64,000 nucleotides of DNA from Vicinamibacterales bacterium. Lineage in GTDB: Bacteria; Acidobacteriota; Vicinamibacteria; Vicinamibacterales; JAMQPK01. The position numbers were made by a program, and so were the translations under genes. A model generated the notes under the pieces. The model did not search any database. It was not told the origin of the DNA and saw nothing but the letters and a program-made list of their open reading frames with translations. Location: contig CAVSRX010000004.1 of the NCBI GenBank assembly GCA_963730445.1, positions 73,539 through 137,538 of the forward strand, given 5' to 3'. Shown one piece after another: positions 1 through 10,366 of this stretch (position 1 is its first letter; the number at the start of each line of letters is the position of its first letter).

Positions 1-1
1 C

Positions 2-184
2 TATCGGATGGAAGAGCAGGGGCTCATCGATTCCGAATGGTCGGTGACCGAGAACAACCGCAAGGCGAAGTTCTACAAGCTGACCCGCAAAGGGCGCACT
101 GCCGCGCAGGCCGAGGTCGATGGATGGTTGCGGTTGTCGAGCGCCGTCACGAAAGTCCTTCGCGCGATCGAGCAGGGAGCCTAA
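2..184 (+). CDS. PadR-family transcriptional regulator, acidobacterial type (3' part only)
   Basis: Hand translation of frame 2: YRMEEQGLIDSEWSVTENNRKAKFYKLTRKGR...AIEQGA*; PadR wHTH wing; directly upstream of an ADOP permease. Confidence 0.9.
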   Translation, partial: YRMEEQGLIDSEWSVTENNRKAKFYKLTRKGRTAAQAEVDGWLRLSSAVTKVLRAIEQGA

Positions 185-2787
185 ATGAAATTGAAATGGC
201 CGTTCATCTCGCAGAAGCGCGACAAGGAAATGTCCGACGAGATGGCGTTTCACATCGAATCAAAAACGCGCGAGCTCGTGAGCGCCGGCATGAGCGAGGT
301 CGACGCGCGCTTCGAGGCGCGGCGCCGTTTCGGCAGCGTGCTGAAGCAGAAAGAAGCCGGCCACGAGATTCGGGCCGGCCGGTTTTTTGAGGATGTGCTG
401 CGCGACGCCCAGGTGATGGGACGCGGCCTTTGGCGCACGCCTGGTTTCACGCTGGCGGTCGTCCTCACGCTCGCGCTCGGCATCGGCGCCAACACCGCGA
501 TTTTTTCCATCGTCGATCAGGTGCTGCTGCGGCCGCTGCCGTACCCCGAAGGCGAGAACCTGGTCATGGTGTACGAGGCGAGGGACAGCAACAGTCACAA
601 CTCGGTCTCGCCGGCGACCTGGCTCGATTGGCAGCGTGACAGCCGAACGCTCGAACGCGTCGCGGCGTGGGCGGCCGGGCGTTCTGCGACCCTGACTGGC
701 GCGGGTGAAGCGACGCGCTTGGGCGTCCAGGCGGTCTCCGCCGAATTCTTTCCACTGCTTCGTGTCCCACCGATGCTCGGACGAACCAGCAACGAAGACG
801 ACGACCGTCCGAATGCGCCCGATGTGGTCGTCATGAGCCATCGTTTGTGGCAGACGCGGTTCGGCGGTGATCGAAGTGTCGTCGGCCGTTTTATCCAGTT
901 GAACGACACTCCGACACAGGTTATTGGCGTCATGCCGCCGGGATTTCGTTTTGTGTATCACGATATCGATGCATGGGTCCCGCTGCAGCTCGACCGGAAC
1001 GCGCCGTGGCGCGAGGCTGGCGGACGATTCATTAACGTCGTCGCTCGAGTGAAGACGGGAACCGCGCTTGCGACGGCACGCGCCGATATGGAGCAGGTCG
1101 CAAGGCGTCTGGCCTCACTACACGAGTTCAACAAGAACAGCACCGCCAGGCTCGTACCGTTGCGCGAGGAGCTCACCGGTCAAGTGGAAGCGTCGCTCAT
1201 CGTGCTCTACATCGCGGTTGGCGTGCTGCTCGCGATCGCGTGCTTCAACATTGCGAATTTATTGATTGCGAGAGCGGCCTCTCGCCGGCAGGAAATTGCG
1301 ATTCGCACGTCGCTCGGCGCTGAGCGCGGTTCGATTGTCCGGCAGCTGCTGGTCGAAAGTATGTTGCTCGCGCTCGCTGGAGGCACACTCGGCATCGTGC
1401 TCGCGCGTTCGAGTCTCGATGCGCTCGTCGCCGTCGCGCCTCCCGGCCTCGCTGGGCGGGCAGGAACTGACAATCGACGCGCGTGTGTTGTTGTATGTGG
1501 CCGGATTGTCGGTGCTGACCGGGCTGGTTGCCGGGCTTGCGCCCTCGTGCGATTGTGGCCCGTCGTTCTATTGTCGAGTCGCTGCACGCGACGAGCTCGC
1601 GCGTGACGCATTCGCCACGCATCCGGCAATTGCTTGTCGTGGGGCAAGTGGCGATGACCGTCGTGCTCCTCTGCGGAGCGGCGCTACTCGTACGAACGGT
1701 GACCGCACTCACGAGCGTCAACCAGGGCTTTGAGCAGCGAGGGCTCCTGACAATGCAGGTCTCGCTGCCAGGCACGCGCTATCCCATCGAGCGCCAGGTC
1801 GCGTTTCAACACGAACTCCTGACGACGATTCGTGCGCTGCCCGGCGTGGATTCGGCTGGTGCCGCAAGCGGACTGCCGGTGATCGGCGCTCCGCGGGCTG
1901 GAACACGTTTTCATCGATACTCCACACCGGTCGTCCCGCCCACGCAGATGTCGAGCGCGACGATCCGAGTCGTCACGCCGGGATATTTCCGTACGCTGCG
2001 TATTCCAGTGCTGCGAGGACGCGAATTCACGCACGCCGACGATGCGAATCCGGCGCCAGGATTCATCGTCAACCAGGCGTTCGTCGATCGATATCTTCCG
2101 AACATGGACCCGCTTCGCGAGTCGCTGATGGTGCGCATGCGGGATGAGAACCCTTACGCGCCGATTATTGGCGTCGTCGGCAACGTTGGCGAAGGATCGA
2201 TGCGCAGCGCTCCGCGTCCGACGATCTTCTACAGCCATAGTCAGCTTCCGCTCGGGCCGACGCTGTTCGTACGGACCGATCGGCCTGTGGCGACGGCCGA
2301 AGCCGTGACGAGCGTGATTCGTCGCATGGATCCCAACCTTGTCATCAGAAACGTCCGTATGTTCGAGGAAGCGGTTGCTGAGAGCCTGGCGCAGGAACGG
2401 TTGACAGCGCTCGTATCGGGTGCGTTTGCCGTGAGCGGGCTACTGCTCGCGTCGCTTGGTCTGTATGCGCTCCTCGCATTCATGGTGACGGAGCGCACGA
2501 GAGAAATCGGGCTTCGCATCGCCCTCGGTGCGCAGGGGACAGACCTCACATGGTCTGTTGTAAGAGATGGATTACGTCTCGTTGCGATTGGCGCCGCCGC
2601 CGGTGTGGCGATGTCACTGGCCGTACTGCCGTTATTCGGCACGCTGCTGTTCGGCGTGAAGCCAACGGACCTGACGACATATGGCGTTGTCCTTACGCTG
2701 CTTGCCGCCGTCGCAGGTCTGGCGTCGTATGTCCCGGCGCGCCGCGCCGCGCGAGTGGAGCCGTTGACCGCATTGCGTCAGGAGTAA
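185..2787 (+). CDS. ADOP-family (duplicated MacB/FtsX) permease, one frameshift near 1450
   Basis: ORFs 185-1606 and 1528-2787 join into a protein collinear with the neighbouring 872-aa paralog; TLALGIGANTAIFS, RRQEIAIRTSLGA, REIGLRIALGA, ALRQE end. Confidence 0.9.
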
Positions 2788-2791
2788 AGCG

Positions 2792-5410
2792 ATGATGAAG
2801 ATTCGATGGCCGTTCGTGACGCAGAAACGCGATGACGACATGTCGCAGGAGATGGCGTTCCACATCGAGTCGACCACACGCGACCTCGTGCGCGGGGGCA
2901 TGAGCGAACGGGATGCGCGGCTCGAAGCACGGCGCCGATTCGGCAGCGTGCTCAAACAGAAAGAAGCCGGCCACGAGATCAGGGTCGGACGGGTTCTCGA
3001 AGACATTCTGCGCGACGCGCGCTTCATGTCGCGAGGCTTGCGCCGCAGCCTCGGCTTCACTGCCGCCGTCGTCCTCACGCTCGCGCTGGGGATCGGCGCC
3101 AACACCGCTATCTTTTCCGTCGTCGATCAGCTGTTGCTTCGCCCGCTTCCATATCCGGAGGGCGAGAACCTGCTGATGGTGTACGAGGAATTTGTCGGTC
3201 CTCGTGCCGGTTTGGGCGATCGGCTTTTCGCCTCGCCCGCGAACTGGCTCGACTGGCAGCGCGAGAATCGTACGCTCGAAGGGTTGGCCGCCTGGCGGAC
3301 GCTGCCTATCACCCTGACAGGCGCAGGCGAAGCCACACGATTGAACGGGCAGCAGGTCTCCCATGAGTTTTTCGCGCTGTTGCGAGTCAAGCCGCTGCTT
3401 GGCCGCACGATATCAGAAGACGACGACCGTCCCAATGCGCCGCGCGTCGTCGTGATGAGCCATCGTCTGTGGCAGACGCGGTTCGGCGGCGACTCGAATA
3501 TTCTCGGTCGATTCATCCAGCTGAACGATCGGCCGTTTCAAGTCGTCGGCGTCATGCCTGCCGGCTTCCGCTTTGTCTATCAGGACAACGATCTGTGGGG
3601 CGCCTACCAGCTGAATCGTAATCAGACGTGGCGTCAGACCGACGGCCGGTTCATCAACGTGATGGGACGGACGAAAACCGGAACGACCATCGATGCGGCA
3701 CGATCGGATATGCAACGGATCGCCCAGCGCCTCGCGTCGATCCATGAGTTCAACAAGAACACGACCGTTAACGTGATATCGATGCGCGAGCAACTCACCG
3801 GGCAGGTGTCAACCTCGCTCGTCGTGCTGTATATCGCGGTTGGCGTGCTGCTCTCGATCGCCTGCTTCAACATCGCGAACCTGCTGCTCGCCAGGGCCGC
3901 ATCGCGGCGTCATGAAATCGCCGTGCGCACCTCACTCGGCGCCGGACGGCTGGCCATCATCAGACAACTGCTTGTCGAAAGCGTCCTGCTCGCGCTCGCC
4001 GGAGGAGCGCTGGGCATCGCGCTGGCGCGCTGGAGCCTCGATGCGCTGCTCGCGTTCGCGCCGCCCGATCTCCTCGGCGTGTCCGAGCTGACGATCGATG
4101 CGCGTGTGCTGCTCTACACGGTGGGGCTGTCTCTTGTGACCGGCGTCATTGCGGGACTCGCGCCGGCGGCCACGGTGGCCCGCCGATCGATTGTCGCATC
4201 GCTGCGGACCAGTAACTCACGCGTCACGCAGTCGCCCCGCATTCGCCAGGCGCTCGTGGTCGGCCAGGTTGCGATGACCGTCGTGCTGCTCTGCGGCGCC
4301 GGCCTGCTCGCGCGAACCGTGATGGCCTTGAACAGCGTCAACAACGGTTTCGACAAATACGGACTTGTGACGATGGAGGTGGGGCTGCCGGGGGCCCGGT
4401 ATCCTGCTGAGCGGCGCGTTGCGTTCTATCGCGATGCGTTGGCGTCGATTGAAGCTCTTCCGGGCGTGGAATCGGCGGCGGCGTCCAACAGTCTCCCGGT
4501 ACTTGGTTCGCCACGTGCGGGCAGCTGGTTTCATCGTCGCGGCACGCCGGAGTTGCAGACGGGCCAGCGGCCGATCACCTTGATTCGTGTTGTCACGCCG
4601 GGATACTTCCGCACGCTGCGCATTCCGCTCCTTCGTGGGCGCGACTTCACGCACGCCGACGAGGCGAATCCCGCGCCCGGGTTCATCGTGAACGAGGCGT
4701 TCGTCAAGGAACATCTCTCTGGAGTGGATCCGCTTGCCGAGTCGATTACGGTGTGGATGCAGAACGAAAACCCTTACGCGCCGATTATCGGCGTGGTCGG
4801 CGATGTCAGTGAGGGATCGGCGCGAGACAACCCGAAGCCTACTGTCTTTTACAGCCACGGTCAGATGCGGGAAATGAGCATGACGCTGTTCGTGCGATCG
4901 AGCCGCCCGGCGTCGACAGGGGATGCGGCTATCGCGGCGATACGCCGCATCGATTCGAATCTGCCCGTCACGAAGGTTCGCACCTTCGAGGGGGCGCTGG
5001 CGGAGAGCATTGCGCAAGAGCGGCTCAGCGCACTTGTGGTCGGCGCCTTCGCCATCACCGGTCTGCTGCTCGCGGCGCTGGGGTTGTACGCGCTGCTCGC
5101 ATTCCTCGTCGCCGAGCGCACGAGAGAGATCGGTCTTCGCATCGCGCTTGGCGCGCACGGCGCGGAGCTGACATGGTCGGTCGTACGAGATGGGTTGTGG
5201 CTCGTGGCGATCGGCGCGGCAGCAGGCGTTGCGCTTTCGCTCGTCATGCTGCCGTCGTTCGGGACGCTGCTGTTCGGCGTGAAGCCCCACGACATCACAA
5301 CGTATGCAGTCGTCCTGACACTGCTCGCGGCTGTTGCCGGACTCGCGTCGTACGTGCCCGCCCGCCGTGCGGCCCACGTGCAGCCGCTGACGGCGCTTCG
5401 GCAGGAGTAG
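2792..5410 (+). CDS. ADOP-family (duplicated MacB/FtsX) permease
   Basis: Intact 872-aa ORF with permease prefix domain and two MacB_PCD/FtsX halves. Confidence 0.93.
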   Translation: MMKIRWPFVTQKRDDDMSQEMAFHIESTTRDLVRGGMSERDARLEARRRFGSVLKQKEAGHEIRVGRVLEDILRDARFMSRGLRRSLGFTAAVVLTLALGIGANTAIFSVVDQLLLRPLPYPEGENLLMVYEEFVGPRAGLGDRLFASPANWLDWQRENRTLEGLAAWRTLPITLTGAGEATRLNGQQVSHEFFALLRVKPLLGRTISEDDDRPNAPRVVVMSHRLWQTRFGGDSNILGRFIQLNDRPFQVVGVMPAGFRFVYQDNDLWGAYQLNRNQTWRQTDGRFINVMGRTKTGTTIDAARSDMQRIAQRLASIHEFNKNTTVNVISMREQLTGQVSTSLVVLYIAVGVLLSIACFNIANLLLARAASRRHEIAVRTSLGAGRLAIIRQLLVESVLLALAGGALGIALARWSLDALLAFAPPDLLGVSELTIDARVLLYTVGLSLVTGVIAGLAPAATVARRSIVASLRTSNSRVTQSPRIRQALVVGQVAMTVVLLCGAGLLARTVMALNSVNNGFDKYGLVTMEVGLPGARYPAERRVAFYRDALASIEALPGVESAAASNSLPVLGSPRAGSWFHRRGTPELQTGQRPITLIRVVTPGYFRTLRIPLLRGRDFTHADEANPAPGFIVNEAFVKEHLSGVDPLAESITVWMQNENPYAPIIGVVGDVSEGSARDNPKPTVFYSHGQMREMSMTLFVRSSRPASTGDAAIAAIRRIDSNLPVTKVRTFEGALAESIAQERLSALVVGAFAITGLLLAALGLYALLAFLVAERTREIGLRIALGAHGAELTWSVVRDGLWLVAIGAAAGVALSLVMLPSFGTLLFGVKPHDITTYAVVLTLLAAVAGLASYVPARRAAHVQPLTALRQE

Positions 5411-5493
5411 GGCCAGGGCATTGCCATATTCTCGATTGACGATTGCCACATTGATTGCCGTTGCATTGAGGTGATTCAGGCACAATAGCGGCG

Positions 5494-6736
5494 GTGCCAC
5501 ACAAAGCGCGCCCCGCCAGAATTCGTGTGCGTCTGTGGGATACGAGCGCGCCTGGCGCCGTCACGCTCGCGCTGCCCGGCCGCAATATGTGGCCCGCCGC
5601 AATCGCGTTCGGGAGTTTTTTCGTGATCTTTGCCGCCATCGAGTGGAGTGCCGTTGCGGGCTTGTTCAGGCACTCGGTCGACGACGTGTTCGACCTCTCA
5701 TTCCTGCTGTTCCAGGCGTTCTGGGCGCTCGGCTGGATGGTCGGTGTGCTGATACTCGGGGCGCTGACGGCCCTGTTGGCGTTCTACTCGGAATCGGCGC
5801 GCATCGAAGACGGCAGGCTCATTCACATACCGCAGTTCGGACCGCTGAAGGTTCTCGTCGACTACGACCTCGCGAAGGTGCGCAGCGCGCGGCTCGATCC
5901 GGTGGGCGGTGCCGATTCAGATACCGTGCAGGTTCGTTTCGACTACGACGGCGGCGTGAATGCGCTGGGCAATGCGATGGGGCGCGCGGAAGGGCAGCGC
6001 GTCGTCGATGCCATTGCGGCAGCCTCGCGTTTCGTTCCTCGCGCGGTGGATGCCGGTCAACCGGAATTGCGCACGCTCGAATCGCCGGCAGCGCACAAAT
6101 CCGCCGGTGCGCACGAAGCCGCCCGCCGTGCCGCTGCCGCTCTCGTCAGAGTCGGCGATTGCGCTGGTCGTCGCGAATCTCGTTCCGCTCGCCGGCGTGC
6201 TGTTTTTCGGATGGGATCTGGGGAGCATCATGGTGCTCTACTGGGTCGAAAGCGGCGTCATCGCGTTCTACACGGTGCTGAAGATCGCGATCGTCGGGAA
6301 GCTCGCGGCCATCGTCGCGGTGCCGTTCTTCGTCGGCCACTTCGGCGGCTTCATGATCGCGCACTTTCTATTGATCTACTCCCTGTTCCTGCGAGAAAGC
6401 ATTGGTGGGTGGGCGCCGGGTGCCGGCGCGGAACTCTACGCCATCTTCATTCCCATCTGGATATCGATTGCCGCGCTCTTCATCAGCCACGGCGTCTCGT
6501 TCTTCACGAACTTCATCGGGGAGCGCGAGTATGAGGCCGCCACCGTGAGCGGCCTCATGCACGCGCCCTATTACCGCGTCATCGTGATGCACATGACTTT
6601 AATTCTCGGCGGCTGGATCGTCATGTTGATCGGCATGCCAGCCGGTGCCCTCGTCGTGCTGCTGCTGTTGAAAACCGCGGTCGACCTGCATGCGCATCGC
6701 CGCGAGCACGCCGTTATCGGTCGTCGTTCCGGATGA
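5494..6736 (+). CDS. Membrane protein with C-terminal DUF6498-like domain, frameshift near 6100
   Basis: N-terminal TM region in 5494 frame; ALVVANLVPLAGVLFFGWD...LYWVES...PYYRVIVMH in 5960 frame. Confidence 0.7.
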
Positions 6737-8432
6737 CGCCCATCCCCTGGCCGTCGGCAAGATGCGCGCCTCCAGCGCCCGACAGAGTGACGTAGAACGT
6801 TTCGTCCGATTCGCGTTTCTTGTCGCCCTTCACCGTGACGGTCACCGTCTTCGCGGTCTCTCCTGCGCTGAACGCAAGCGCTCCCGACGCGGCGTTGTAG
6901 TCTTCAACAGACTTCCCGGAGCCGTCCATCGTGGCGAAGTTCACCGTGATGGCGCTATCGGAAGCCGGCGACATGCTGATCGTGAACGCGAACGCCGTCG
7001 AGCCGCCGTTGCCTTCGTTCCTCGAGACATCGCTAATGGTGACGCGCGGCTCGTCGTCCGCGATGGTGAGCAAACCCTGTCCGTCGGCAATCACACCACC
7101 CTGTACCTGACTCAGATTGATGAGAACCGTCTCGTTCGCCTCGCCGATGCGGTCACCGTTTACCGCCACGGAAATCGTTTCGCTGGTTTCACCGGCGTCG
7201 AAGGTGACCGTGCCCGATGCGGACGCGTAATCGCTACCGGCCGTGGCGCTGCCATTGGCCGTGCTATAGGACACGGTCACCGGCTCGCCGGCTGCCCTCG
7301 ACAGCGACAGCGTCACGTTCACCGTGCGTCGTTCCTGCATGCCCCTCGGTGACCATCGCGTCGCCGATGCTGACGACGGGCGTGTGGGAGGCGACGGGCG
7401 TCAGAAGGTACGCGTGATGGCGGCCTTGGGCATCGACGCGGTGCCGACGATCTGGCCGGCGTTGTTGATGCCCGACGCGTACTTGAGGTGCAGACCCGAG
7501 CCCGATGGAATGAGGCTGTTCAGGTTGGTCGCCACGCCGTCGGCGAAGACGTACGCGTGCCAGTTCGAAGGACCGCCCCACGCGCGCATCGTCCCGACGA
7601 CGACGCCGGAATCGTTGATGTCGCCGCCGTAGGCTTCCTTGCTCGGCACCGGCAGCACGTTCATCACGCCGTTCTCATACAGGAAGGCTCTCGAGGTGAT
7701 CTCGTACGTCTCTTTATCCATAAAGCCGGATGTGCCGACGATCTGCCCAACGCTGTTGATCGCAGTCGCGCCGCTGTCTTCCATACCGGGCGCCACGCCC
7801 AGATCGATGATGGCGCCGTCCTGCCAGAGAGTGGCATGCGGCATGTTGACCTGCGGCGTGCACGACGCCCCGACGATGCGGCCCGAGTCGTCGATATCCT
7901 GCGCGTGCGAGCATCCGCCGCCAAGGTCTCCCAGCAGGGTCAGCACGCCGTTCTGCCAGTGAAAGCCCTTCCAGTTGTCGATACTGCCGACGACCTGGCC
8001 GATATCGTTGACGCCGTAAGCGACGGCATAATCGCTCGAGGGTGTCAGGTCCGTCGTCGTGCCGCCCGACCACAGGACCGCGTGGTACTTCAAGGCCGAC
8101 GTTTGGGCCCGCCCGACGACATGTCCTGTGTCGCTGATCGCGACGGCTTCGCTGTGATTCCCGCCGATCGTTCCGAGGTCCGTCATCGAGCCGCTACGCC
8201 ACAGAAACGCGCGCAGCCTGGAGGCCGCATTGGTGGCGGAACCGACGATGTCGCCCGCCTCATTGATGTCGAGGGCCTGAGCGCTGGGCCCGCCAAGCGT
8301 TCCCAGATCCGTGAGCACATAGGGCCCGGGCGCATCGGCGGCCTGTGGTGCGTGATGGGTGACGATGTCAGGAATGGCGACAAGCAGGAGCGTTGCGATG
8401 ACAAGCGATAAGCGCAGGTGGAGTTTGTGCAT
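6714..8432 (-). CDS. Secreted HAF-repeat protein with two C-terminal Calx-beta domains, frameshifts near 7435 and 7330
   Basis: Signal peptide, repeated DLGTLGG/AxxINxxGxIVG units; bridging frame VDAQGRHHAYLLTP...VSIGDAMVTEG; Calx-beta motifs TANGSATAGSDY...GTVTFDAGET, TIADDE, IRNDD. Confidence 0.85.
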
Positions 8433-8445
8433 TCCGCATGCGGAG

Positions 8446-8460
8446 GCAATGTTCGTGCCT
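8446..8460 (-). promoter_or_regulatory. Putative sigma54 -24/-12 promoter of the HAF/Calx-beta gene
   Basis: Minus strand AGGCACGAACATTGC, GG-N10-GC, 14 nt above the ATG at 8432. Confidence 0.7.
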
Positions 8461-8560
8461 CTGTATTTGCAGGATTCGGCGCGAATTGTCGGCGACCCGC
8501 GACGTGTCGGGAAAGAAATGATTACGGATTGTGAACGAGCTTACGCGCGGTGTAAGTAAG

Positions 8561-8585
8561 AGGGGCCGGCGAGAAGCCGGCCCCT
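8561..8585 (-). terminator. GC-rich hairpin, probable terminator of the DUF5666 gene
   Basis: AGGGGCCGGC-gagaa-GCCGGCCCCT perfect 10-bp stem 20 nt past the stop; weak U tract. Confidence 0.65.
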
Positions 8586-8605
8586 GGAGTCGCTAGGGTT
8601 TACCG

Positions 8606-9586
8606 TCAGCTGTTACCACCGCCGTTGCCGCGTCCATTTCCGCCGTTTCCATCGCCCGATTTCCCATTGTCGTCGGCGTCGCGCTGAATGTTGACGAGCG
8701 TGGCAAGCGCCGTCCCTACGCCGGTCGGCGTCGCCCGGACGTGAACTCTCACGCCCATGGCGATCTCTTCGCAACGGCCGTTTTTGAAAACCGTCAACGC
8801 GTTCGTCGTCACGGCGACGTTCTTCACCGTGAACAAGCCGCACACGCCGGCGGTGACGAGACCTTCGAGCTCGAGCTTCATCTGTGCGGCGCCATCATCG
8901 TCATCGTCGCCGTCATCGGCGGTCTTGAACTTCACGTCGGTCGCGCGCACGGTGCTGTCCGCCAGGGTCGAGCCCTTCACCTGGACGAGCGCGCCTGGGA
9001 TGACGTTCGCGCACGTGCCTTTCGAGAACTGCGTCGCCGCATCGGTCGTAATCGTCGTGCCGTTGACGACGAACGACGCGCACGTGCCGCTGACGATGGC
9101 CCCTTCGATCTCCACTTTGTTGAGCTTGTCCTTGCGAGACACGCTCTGAAGCGTTGCGGTGCTGCCGCTCACTTCAACGCCAATGCGGAGCTCGTCGCCG
9201 CCGTTTACGCCGGTCACCGTGAGCAGTGCATCTGTGCCTGGACCTGTGAAGCGGAGCTGGATATCGCCGGGAGGAACATTCGTCAGCACGAACGTTCCGT
9301 TCGGCTTGACCGGAGCGGTAATGTCGGTGCCGACAACCGTTACCATGATTCCAGGGCCGACGAGCGAGGCGAAACTGCCGTCGCTCAGGCTGAGCGCTGA
9401 GAGAGCGGCTCCCGTAATCGCTCCGTTAATCGTCGCGCGATTTCCGGTCGTTGGGATTGGCGATTCATTGCTTGACAGTTGGCTCGGCGGGCTCGGCGCC
9501 GAGGGCGACGATGACCCGCATGCGCCTGTGCCGAGTGCAACGGCGACAAGCGACCCAACAATAACAATCGCATTCTTGAAATTCAC
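8606..9586 (-). CDS. Lipoprotein with two DUF5666-like domains
   Basis: GTG at 9586 after GGAGGT RBS; lipobox-like TGAC then Ser/Pro linker; two repeats of VEIEG...FVVNGTTITTDAATQF...G..VxVxG. Confidence 0.75.
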   Translation of the reverse strand: MNFKNAIVIVGSLVAVALGTGACGSSSPSAPSPPSQLSSNESPIPTTGNRATINGAITGAALSALSLSDGSFASLVGPGIMVTVVGTDITAPVKPNGTFVLTNVPPGDIQLRFTGPGTDALLTVTGVNGGDELRIGVEVSGSTATLQSVSRKDKLNKVEIEGAIVSGTCASFVVNGTTITTDAATQFSKGTCANVIPGALVQVKGSTLADSTVRATDVKFKTADDGDDDDDGAAQMKLELEGLVTAGVCGLFTVKNVAVTTNALTVFKNGRCEEIAMGVRVHVRATPTGVGTALATLVNIQRDADDNGKSGDGNGGNGRGNGGGNS

Positions 9587-9627
9587 GCGTGACCTCCGAG
9601 TTGAGCGCACAACGGGCGCGTGGATCT

Positions 9628-9643
9628 AGCAACTGGAGTGCCA
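9628..9643 (-). promoter_or_regulatory. sigma54 -24/-12 promoter of the DUF5666 lipoprotein gene
   Basis: Minus strand TGGCACTCCAGTTGCT, exact TGGCAC-N5-TTGCW consensus, ~40 nt above start. Confidence 0.85.
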
Positions 9644-9796
9644 CGGCGAGTCGGAGAGAGTGGAACGCGTATGATGTTGAAACAAGAAGGTTTAAATGCA
9701 GCCGCTCCGGGGCGGCGCTCGGCCGATCATGGGGTCGAGGCGCGAAATTTTTACCCGGCAGGGTATCTTTGAAACCACGATATACTCCGCCGCCAT

Positions 9797-10318
9797 ATGA
9801 AACGAAGCGCTGTTCTGCTTGCCCTGATCGCCGCGATTGTGGCAGCCGCATATCTTGAGTCGCGCGCGCAGGCGCCGGCACCGGCGCCCGATCCCGCGGA
9901 TCTTGCTGCGGGCATGCGGCTGTATCAGCAGAAGGGCGACTGCAAGGCGTGTCATGGATGGGCGGCGGACGGGGTGAAGAGCGACAGCCAGATGCCCGAC
10001 GGCCCGAGCCTGCGCGACAAGAAGTACACGCGCCAACTGCTGATTCTGACGATCAAATGCGGCCGGCCCAACACGCAGATGCCGGCGTTCGACAAGTTCG
10101 CCTACACCGACGGCCGTTGCTTCATGATGACGGCCGCGGATCTCGAAGAAATATCCCACGCGCATGCCCGATCCGCCGGCCACGCTGCAGCCGCGCGAGA
10201 TCGAGCTGATCGCCGATTTCCTGTTGGCAAAGGTCGTCGGCCAGGGGCCGATGGACCAGGCCAAGTGCGTCGATTCTGGGGCAGCGACGTTGCGGTGTGT
10301 AAAGAACTGAAGAAGTAA
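9797..10318 (+). CDS. Periplasmic monoheme cytochrome c, two compensating frameshifts near 10145 and 10270
   Basis: Signal peptide, CKACH, GPSL, GRPNTQMPAF; alternative frame gives MPDPPATLQPREIELIADFL. Confidence 0.85.
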   Translation: MKRSAVLLALIAAIVAAAYLESRAQAPAPAPDPADLAAGMRLYQQKGDCKACHGWAADGVKSDSQMPDGPSLRDKKYTRQLLILTIKCGRPNTQMPAFDKFAYTDGRCFMMTAADLEEISHAHARSAGHAAAARDRADRRFPVGKGRRPGADGPGQVRRFWGSDVAVCKELKK

Positions 10319-10332
10319 CTACTGAAAGAAAT

Positions 10333-10356
10333 TCTTTGCGTCTTTGCGCCTCTGCG
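10333..10356. repeat. Three tandem octamers between convergent genes
   Basis: TCTTTGCG TCTTTGCG CCTCTGCG. Confidence 0.6.
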
Positions 10357-10366
10357 TCGAAGACAG

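Noticed and set aside
185-2787. Programmed frameshifting or true pseudogene status for ADOP copy 1 and other split genes
   Set aside because: No consistent slippery sites, and essential-type genes such as engB are equally affected; assembly error is more parsimonious.
5420-5468. Clustered ATTG(C/A) motifs after the ADOP genes as a PadR operator or ncRNA
   Set aside because: Irregular spacing, downstream rather than upstream of the PadR operon, and no clear structure; cannot be supported from this window.
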